Shown: piece by piece, positions 58,396 to 64,000 of the stretch | Layout: every line of letters begins with the position of its first letter | How positions within the stretch are numbered: the stretch's first letter is position 1 | NCBI GenBank assembly: GCA_046581525.1 | Contig: JAYGGC010000278.1 | Location: forward strand, 7,740 to 71,739 | Direction of reading: 5' to 3' | DNA length: 64,000 bases | Source: Roseibacillus sp. | Lineage (GTDB): Bacteria > Verrucomicrobiota > Verrucomicrobiia > Verrucomicrobiales > Akkermansiaceae | Program-made: the position numbers and the translations under genes | The notes under the pieces: model-generated | The model's input: only the letters and a program-made list of their open reading frames with translations | Told to the model about the DNA's origin: nothing | The model's database searches: none

Positions 58396-58733
58396 TTTTG
58401 CCAGTTTTCCAGCAGGTTCACTTTTTTCTTGCGAGTTCCCCAATCGGGGAGAATCAGGCACCAACCGCCACTTTCTAACAGCTAATTTGTTACCCGAATC
58501 GGGCGAAAAAAAATCACCCCCTCGTCACGGGGTCTCGAATTGTCACCAAATTCTAAAAACTCAGCCCGCAGACCTCCCCTTCCGCTCTCTAACAGACTCC
58601 GAGTCCCTGAATTCTTGAGTTTCAGCGTTTAAAAAAATTGATTTCTAACAAATTAAAAAAAGAATGCGCTTTCTGGCTTCCTCTGAATATCACAATCTGT
58701 CTATTGCCGTTGAAAATCCACTTGAGCAACCGA

Positions 58734-58973
58734 ATGCCCCTCACCATCCGCTCAGCCCTCTCTCTCTGCGCCATCTCCTTTGCGCTTTCGCACGGTGCTA
58801 TTGCCCAGGAACTCCCCCAGCATCAGGACGATCCGATCGTTGTGCCCGGGTCCCCCGGCAACTCGAGCACCGAGGAATCTCCTGAGACCAGCGCTGCTCC
58901 CGAGCCCACCACCACCCTGCTCGCCGGCCTCGGCGGCTTGGCGCTCCTCTTCTTCGCGATGCGCCGGAAGTGA
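58734..58973 (+). CDS. Small PEP-CTERM sorting-domain protein
   Basis: The ATG at 58734 gives a signal peptide (MPLTIRSALSLCAISFALSHGAIA). The C-terminus is PEPTTTLLAGLGGLALLFFAMRRK. Confidence 0.7.
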   Translation: MPLTIRSALSLCAISFALSHGAIAQELPQHQDDPIVVPGSPGNSSTEESPETSAAPEPTTTLLAGLGGLALLFFAMRRK

Positions 58974-59007
58974 AGCCCTCGGGACGAGGTTAGGTCTTTC
59001 CACCCGC

Positions 59008-59071
59008 GACCGTTCGACCTCCCCTCTTCGCTGCGCTACGCCGTGGCAAGCCGACCTCGACCCTCGACCCG
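59008..59071. repeat. CCGACCTC-core intergenic repeat copy just downstream of the M42 peptidase stop
   Basis: 59014-59058 matches 26211-26255 at about 40 of 45 positions. An 18-nt exact match, ccgtggcaagccgacctc, occurs at 59041-59058 and 26238-26255. Confidence 0.6.
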
Positions 59072-60130
59072 CTAGAACGACCAGTCGTGCTTGTCGAGTT
59101 CGCACACGCAGGCCGCAAGCAACTTGATCGCGTCCGCGATGTCCTTCTTGTGACACATCTCAATCACCTGGTGAATGTGACGAGTGGGCAGGGAAACTGC
59201 GCCCGCAATTGACCCTCCGGGCGTCATGCGTTGCAGACCGGCGGTGTCCGTTCCACCCGCGCGCAGGATCTCCGGTTGCCACTTGATCTTCTTTCCGGTG
59301 GCCACCGACTTCATGAACTCCACCATGCGGTAGTCACAGATGACGGAGGAATCCATGATCTTGATCGCAACCCCTTCTCCCAAACGCGTGCATTGTTCCT
59401 GCGGCTTCGCGTCCGGCGTGTCGAACGCAATGGTGGTATCGAGTCCAAATGCGAAGTCGGGTTGGATCTCAAGGGTCGAGGCATTCGCTCCCCGCAGTCC
59501 AACTTCCTCCTGCACCGTGAACACGCCGTAGAAATCATAGGCGGGTTTGCGCCGGCTCTTTTTCAGCACGCGCAATGTTTCTAACAGGAGGAACACCGAA
59601 GCGCGGTTGTCGAGTGACTTCACGTTCACGCATTCGCCCATTTCGATCAATTCACGTTCGCGCGTGATGGGATCGCCGATCGCCACCAACTTGTCCACCT
59701 TCGCTTTGGGCAGGCCGAGATCGACAAAGAAATCATCCAACTTCGGCGGCTTGTTGCGCTCATCAGGCGTCATGATGTGAATTGGTTTCGAACCCATCAC
59801 GCCGATCAATTCTTCCCGTCCGTGGACCAGCACCCGCTGCGAGGTAAGCGTCTTAGGATCAAACCCGCCAAGCGGGTTGAAGCGCAGGAACCCATCCTTG
59901 TCGACGTGCGTCACGATGAAGCCGATCTCGTCCATGTGCGCAGCTGCCATCGTCTTTTTCTCCGAGGATTTTCCCTTCTTCAGCGCCACCACGTTGCCAA
60001 TCGCATCGACGCGCACCTCGTCCGCCAGCCCCTCCAATTCCTCCAGCACCAGGTTGCGAATCCTCGTCTCAAAGCCGGGTGCTCCCGGGGCCTCGCAAAC
60101 CCGCGCCAACAACTGAACGTCGATTGCCAT
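59072..60130 (-). CDS. M42 family metallopeptidase (glutamyl aminopeptidase / FrvX-like)
   Basis: MAIDVQLLARVCEAPGAPGFE...AHMDEIGFIV...VFTVQEEVGLRGA... Confidence 0.9.
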   Translation of the reverse strand: MAIDVQLLARVCEAPGAPGFETRIRNLVLEELEGLADEVRVDAIGNVVALKKGKSSEKKTMAAAHMDEIGFIVTHVDKDGFLRFNPLGGFDPKTLTSQRVLVHGREELIGVMGSKPIHIMTPDERNKPPKLDDFFVDLGLPKAKVDKLVAIGDPITRERELIEMGECVNVKSLDNRASVFLLLETLRVLKKSRRKPAYDFYGVFTVQEEVGLRGANASTLEIQPDFAFGLDTTIAFDTPDAKPQEQCTRLGEGVAIKIMDSSVICDYRMVEFMKSVATGKKIKWQPEILRAGGTDTAGLQRMTPGGSIAGAVSLPTRHIHQVIEMCHKKDIADAIKLLAACVCELDKHDWSF

Positions 60131-60562
60131 GGCGGCACCCTAGCCGGGCGCTGCTGCTTGACAAATCCACCGGAAGAGGGATCACCCCTCGCACCATTTC
60201 CCAGCCTCCTCGCCGCCCTTGCCGCGCTTGAGGGGCACCTGCAAATCGCCCAATCCGTGAGGTTGTTCACCATGATTCCCGTCCGCGCCCCCGAATTGGA
60301 CCTGCCCAAACAGCGGCGGACCCCTTCTCGGGCGGGAGCCGCTGCGCGATCTGCGTGGTGGGGGCGCCCCTTCCATCACCTCCGAAATCCCTCTAAGAAT
60401 TCCCGCCCTCACCCGTTCCCCCTTGCGAAGTGGTTCTGCCGTGGAAACCAGGATCGCTTCACTGTTTCCGCACCTTGAGCGCAGGTGCCGGTTCCTCCGG
60501 CGCACCACCATGCCCATCGGCCACCGGTGGGTCCCAATCCAACGTCCAACTCTAACAATTTC

Positions 60563-62047
60563 ATGAGCCATCATGCCCAACTAAGCCCACAGGCGCACGA
60601 CCGCTACCAAGCGCAGCGGCGCTCTTCGACCGTTCTCAGCATCGTGATCTCGATCCTCAGCGTGGCCCTCGTCGGCCTCCTCCTGGCCTTCCTCATCCTC
60701 GAATTGCCGGCCGCCATCATCGACCCCATCATCGTCTACCGGAGAGACCTCATCGATGAGCCTCCGCCAAGGCCCAAACAGCTCAATACGCACCGCAAGC
60801 CGAACCCTGCCCCCGGCGGTGCGAGCGTCGCAATCATTGTCGTCAACTCAACTTCCGAAGTCGCAGTGCCTCGTCCCGATGTGACCCCTGCCGAATCAGT
60901 TCCCTTCGGGAATGGAGAGGGGATCGGAATCGGAATCGGAGATTTCGACGGATTCCCAAACGGAGTCCGCTGCCCAATCCCGGATTCCTTCTCGAAGCGC
61001 TGTGGCAAAGAGGACCGCTTGAACCGCCTGCGGGAATCCGGCGGGGTGGTCGGGATTGAAGATGCCGTGGTGAAGGCCCTCCGCTGGCTGAAGGCCAATC
61101 AAGGCAAGGATGGCAGCTGGGGCGCCTCCAACAAAGTCGGGATGACCGGCCTTGCCCTCCTCGCCTACCTTGGACACTGCGAGACCCCCGTCTCCGAAGA
61201 GTTCGGCGAGTCCTGCATGAATGCGATCGCCTACCTCCTCGACGTCGCCGCCAAGAACCAGGGCAAGATGGCGACCAATTTCCAGGACCGGCATTGGCCC
61301 TACGAGCATGCGCTCGCCACCTACGCTCTCGCCGAAGCCTTCACCTTCGGACAGGTCTTCCGCTACAATATTCCCGGGCACCACGACGCCGTGCGCGACT
61401 CCGGACAGTGGATCATCGACAATCAGCACAAGTCCGGTGGCTGGGACTACTCTTATGAGGAGGCCGGCGCCCGCGGCGGAGATCTCTCCATCACTGGTTG
61501 GCACATCCAGGCCTTGAGGGCCTGCAAGGCCACCAGGATTGAATTCCGCAACCTGCGCGCATGCGCAAACAACGCTCTCGCTTACGTGGAAGCGCGCCAG
61601 GCCCCCAGCGGCGGGTTCGGCTACTCCGGAACCACGCCGGCGGGCGGGGGGGTCTACTCCCTCACCGGGGTGGGAGCACTCAGCTTCCAGATCTGGGGCA
61701 AGGCCAGTCACAGTGCCGCCCGCAAGGGCGTCAAGTATCTGCAAAAGAACGCCATCCTCGACTACAACGGCGCGCAGAGCGATCTCTACGCGCACTACTA
61801 CCACTCGCAGGCCATGATGCAGCACGGAGGAGTTGCCTGGACGAAGTACAATGAGAACTTCGCACCGCAACTTCTCAAGGCGCAGCACGCCGACGGATCC
61901 TTCGCCCAACCGGGGGGCGGCAACAAGGTCGAGGCCGTGGGAGGACTCTTCGCACAGAACAACCCGGAGGGGATCGTCTATCGCAATTGCCTCTGCGCAC
62001 TCATGCTCGAGGTCTACTACCGCTACCTTCCGGGAACGAGCAAGTAA
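60563..62047 (+). CDS. Membrane-anchored prenyltransferase/squalene-oxidase-repeat (alpha/alpha toroid) protein
   Basis: The ATG at 60563 is followed by a TM segment (VLSIVISILSVALVGLLLAFLIL). Repeats include LRWLKANQGKDGSWG, NQHKSGGWDY and RQAPSGGFGY. Confidence 0.75.
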   Translation: MSHHAQLSPQAHDRYQAQRRSSTVLSIVISILSVALVGLLLAFLILELPAAIIDPIIVYRRDLIDEPPPRPKQLNTHRKPNPAPGGASVAIIVVNSTSEVAVPRPDVTPAESVPFGNGEGIGIGIGDFDGFPNGVRCPIPDSFSKRCGKEDRLNRLRESGGVVGIEDAVVKALRWLKANQGKDGSWGASNKVGMTGLALLAYLGHCETPVSEEFGESCMNAIAYLLDVAAKNQGKMATNFQDRHWPYEHALATYALAEAFTFGQVFRYNIPGHHDAVRDSGQWIIDNQHKSGGWDYSYEEAGARGGDLSITGWHIQALRACKATRIEFRNLRACANNALAYVEARQAPSGGFGYSGTTPAGGGVYSLTGVGALSFQIWGKASHSAARKGVKYLQKNAILDYNGAQSDLYAHYYHSQAMMQHGGVAWTKYNENFAPQLLKAQHADGSFAQPGGGNKVEAVGGLFAQNNPEGIVYRNCLCALMLEVYYRYLPGTSK

Positions 62048-62051
62048 GAAT

Positions 62052-62118
62052 CGTCCGCGGCTCGCGGACGGCCTCCGCAAACCAAACCCGGCTCGGAGCA
62101 CCCGGCTGCGAGCCGCGG
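62052..62118. terminator. Nested inverted repeats between convergent genes (no clear U-tract)
   Basis: CGTCCGCG-gct-CGCGGACG (62052-62070) is a perfect 8-bp stem. CCGCGGCTCGC (62055-62065) is also the reverse complement of GCGAGCCGCGG (62108-62118). Confidence 0.3.
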
Positions 62119-62138
62119 CACTTACGGACTGCAGATGA

Positions 62139-63560
62139 TCACGCTCCAGGCTTCGTCAGCCGCAGACTGTCACCAAAGTCGCCTTTCACCGCCTCCAGGC
62201 GATCCCAAAGATCCGATGCCCTCGCCTGCGCCGCCGCACCGCCGGTCTTCATGAGATCCTTCAACTCATGAGGGTCCTCCGCCACATGGTAGAGGCGGAC
62301 CGTGTTGTTGGCCTTGGGGTAAACGATCAGCTTGTAACCATCCTCCGTGATTGATCGCTGGACACTCAGATAGGCGCCGTAAATGTAGTCCCGCTTCGCC
62401 CCTTTGCCCGCCAGGTGGGGCTGGATGCTCTTGAATTGCACGTAGTCCGGGGTCTTTGCTCCCGCCCAGTCGAGGGTGGTGGGAATGACATCCTGGAGGT
62501 AGATCGGCGCATCGTTGGTCGTCCCCTTGGCGACGTCGGGACCAACCACGATGAATGGAACGCGCACGCTGTGATCGTACATGTTCTGTTTCCCGAAAAG
62601 CCCGTGCTTGCCCACTGCCAGGCCGTGATCGGCGGTGAAGACGATGTAGGTGTCCTTCTCCTTGCCCGTCTTCTTGAGCTCATCGAGCACCCGCCCGATT
62701 TGCGCATCCATGTGCGTGATGATGGCGTAATACTCGCGCCGGTGAACCTGCACCGAGTGCTTGCTACGCGGCATGGGGGCGAGGTTTTCGTCGCGTAGCT
62801 TGTGGGGATTTCCGATCTGGTCGCGATACGGATAACTCGGCAGGAAGCTCTCCGGAATCTTGATCTGCGAAACGGGATACTTGTCGAGATACTCCTGCGG
62901 CGCCTGCCGCGGATCGTGCGGGGCGTTGAAGGCAAGGTAGATGAAGAATGGTTTCTCACCCTTGGCAGCATCCTTCAGGTAACCGACCGCATCGTCGGCC
63001 TGCACTTCGCTCCAGTGCTTCCCTCCTTCCCAGAACCCGCCCACCGATTTGTCAGCCGCATTCCAGGGATCGGGCTTACCTTCCAATGGACGATTGTAGG
63101 CGCTCTTGACCGACTTCGGCATTCCGGGCCGCACGTGGGTGGCCACGTTGAAGACCTTGGCGGCATCCGCCTTCACGTGCCACTTGCCGGACATGTAAGT
63201 CTTGTAGCCTTCCTTCTCGAGGAGTTGCGGCCAGAATTTTCCGTTCGCGAGATACTCTGCCATCGCCTTCTTGTCGTTGGCCACTTTCTGCGCGTTCCAA
63301 AGCTGCCGGCCGGTCATCAACATGTGTCGGCTCGCCACGCACACTGCACCGCTCCAGGAGCCGGAGTTGTAGGCATGGGTGAAGGTGGTCCCGTTCTTCA
63401 CCAGGCGATCGAGGTTGGGCGTTTCGATTTCCTCGTTACCGACCGCACGAATCGCGTCGTAGGTCATATCGTCGGCAAAGATAAAGAGAATGTTGGGCTT
63501 GGCAGCAGTGCCGGGCAGAGCGGCGACGACGAGGAGCAGAATGCTGAGGATGCGTTTCAT
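62139..63560 (-). CDS. Sulfatase (formylglycine-dependent; CxAxR variant)
   Basis: Evidence is a signal peptide, NILFIFADDMTYD, and CVASRHMLMTG. Confidence 0.9.
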   Translation of the reverse strand: MKRILSILLLVVAALPGTAAKPNILFIFADDMTYDAIRAVGNEEIETPNLDRLVKNGTTFTHAYNSGSWSGAVCVASRHMLMTGRQLWNAQKVANDKKAMAEYLANGKFWPQLLEKEGYKTYMSGKWHVKADAAKVFNVATHVRPGMPKSVKSAYNRPLEGKPDPWNAADKSVGGFWEGGKHWSEVQADDAVGYLKDAAKGEKPFFIYLAFNAPHDPRQAPQEYLDKYPVSQIKIPESFLPSYPYRDQIGNPHKLRDENLAPMPRSKHSVQVHRREYYAIITHMDAQIGRVLDELKKTGKEKDTYIVFTADHGLAVGKHGLFGKQNMYDHSVRVPFIVVGPDVAKGTTNDAPIYLQDVIPTTLDWAGAKTPDYVQFKSIQPHLAGKGAKRDYIYGAYLSVQRSITEDGYKLIVYPKANNTVRLYHVAEDPHELKDLMKTGGAAAQARASDLWDRLEAVKGDFGDSLRLTKPGA

Positions 63561-63755
63561 AGGGCGATTTCCTTACGGCGGGCGGAAGTCTCACCTTCCA
63601 GCGAGGCCTGACAAGGAAGATCCCTCCGGAGCGGTATCTGGCGGGAAAGAAGAGATCTGGACCCAAGGATAGAAATATTCCAGCTTGGGGGACGTTTCAG
63701 AAGGACCTCCCGCCATGTTTTCGGGGATGTCCTTCCAGCACAAACCGCCACCAGC

Positions 63756-64000
63756 CATGAAAATCAAATTGACCATAGTTGCCCTCGCCACCGCCTTCGC
63801 TCTGCCCGGATGGAGCCAGGAGCGCGATGCCCCCCGCAAGACCACCGACAAGACCGAACGCCGCGAAGAGAATCGCGAGCGCAGCAACCGCCCGGAAAAT
63901 CGCAAAAAGGACGCCGAGAATAGCAACCGCCCGGAGAATCGCGGCGGTGACAACCAGCGCGGCGGCCGACCGGAGAATCGCGGCGGCGACAACCAGCGCG
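63756..64000 (+). CDS. Secreted charged repeat protein, 5' part only (runs off the window)
   Basis: The ATG at 63756 gives MKIKLTIVALATAFALPGWSQ followed by RPENR-type repeats. A 39-nt unit at 63928-63966 repeats from 63967 (RPENRGGDNQRGG). Confidence 0.6.

Noticed and set aside
58484-58650. The heptamer TCTAACA recurs at 58484, 58588 and 58644. It is also seen near 53545 and 60553 upstream of genes, and at 44521 and 59578 inside genes.
   Set aside because: The heptamer is AT-rich and occurs mainly in AT-rich intergenic DNA. Its orientation relative to downstream genes is inconsistent. I cannot exclude chance or composition effects without a genome-wide count.
63591-63992. A 133-aa reverse ORF carries PPRFSGR repeats.
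   Set aside because: It is the antisense reading of the forward RPENR repeat gene, which has a proper signal peptide and start.
1-64000. I scanned for tRNA, rRNA, tmRNA, RNase P and SRP RNA signatures and for riboswitch-sized leaders.
   Set aside because: No GTTCGAATC-type T-arm contexts or other recognisable RNA-gene motifs were found by eye. Most leaders are under 300 nt. Absence cannot be proven without covariance-model searches.

Overview
This is a 64 kb, high-GC (about 60% by eye) chromosomal window. Its gene content looks like the PVC superphylum, most likely Verrucomicrobiota. Supporting traits are four formylglycine-type sulfatases, a PSCyt/DUF1549/DUF1553 + DUF1501 pair, a Tat-signal Gfo/Idh/MocA oxidoreductase, PEP-CTERM and SHD1 proteins, WD40 and PQQ-like propellers, and a Chlamydia-like ribonucleotide reductase. 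I support about 42 protein-coding genes or pseudogenes. I found no rRNA, tRNA, CRISPR array, transposase, integrase or prophage genes. Most of the window is ordinary housekeeping or polysaccharide-scavenging content. Six things deserve a second look. (1) Two ~1,200-aa paralogues in tandem (39872-47414) have GspK-like minor-pseudopilin ends and a ~900-aa unassigned insert, with no other secretion or pilus genes nearby. (2) An ETF-linked dimethylglycine-dehydrogenase-type flavoenzyme sits divergently next to phnA-phnY (phosphonoacetate hydrolase and phosphonoacetaldehyde dehydrogenase). There is no phnW, and phnY is frameshifted. (3) The nrdB-nrdA operon has an R2 with Leu at the radical-tyrosine position and Glu as first metal ligand (class Ic hallmarks). 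Its R1 has three ATP-cone-like modules. (4) A short CCGACCTCC-core repeat family lies at four gene 3' ends. (5) One LRR-like gene has an in-frame TGA. (6) Several candidate operators and terminators are listed. All calls come from reading the translations and sequence by eye. No searches were run, and identities and GC values are hand estimates.
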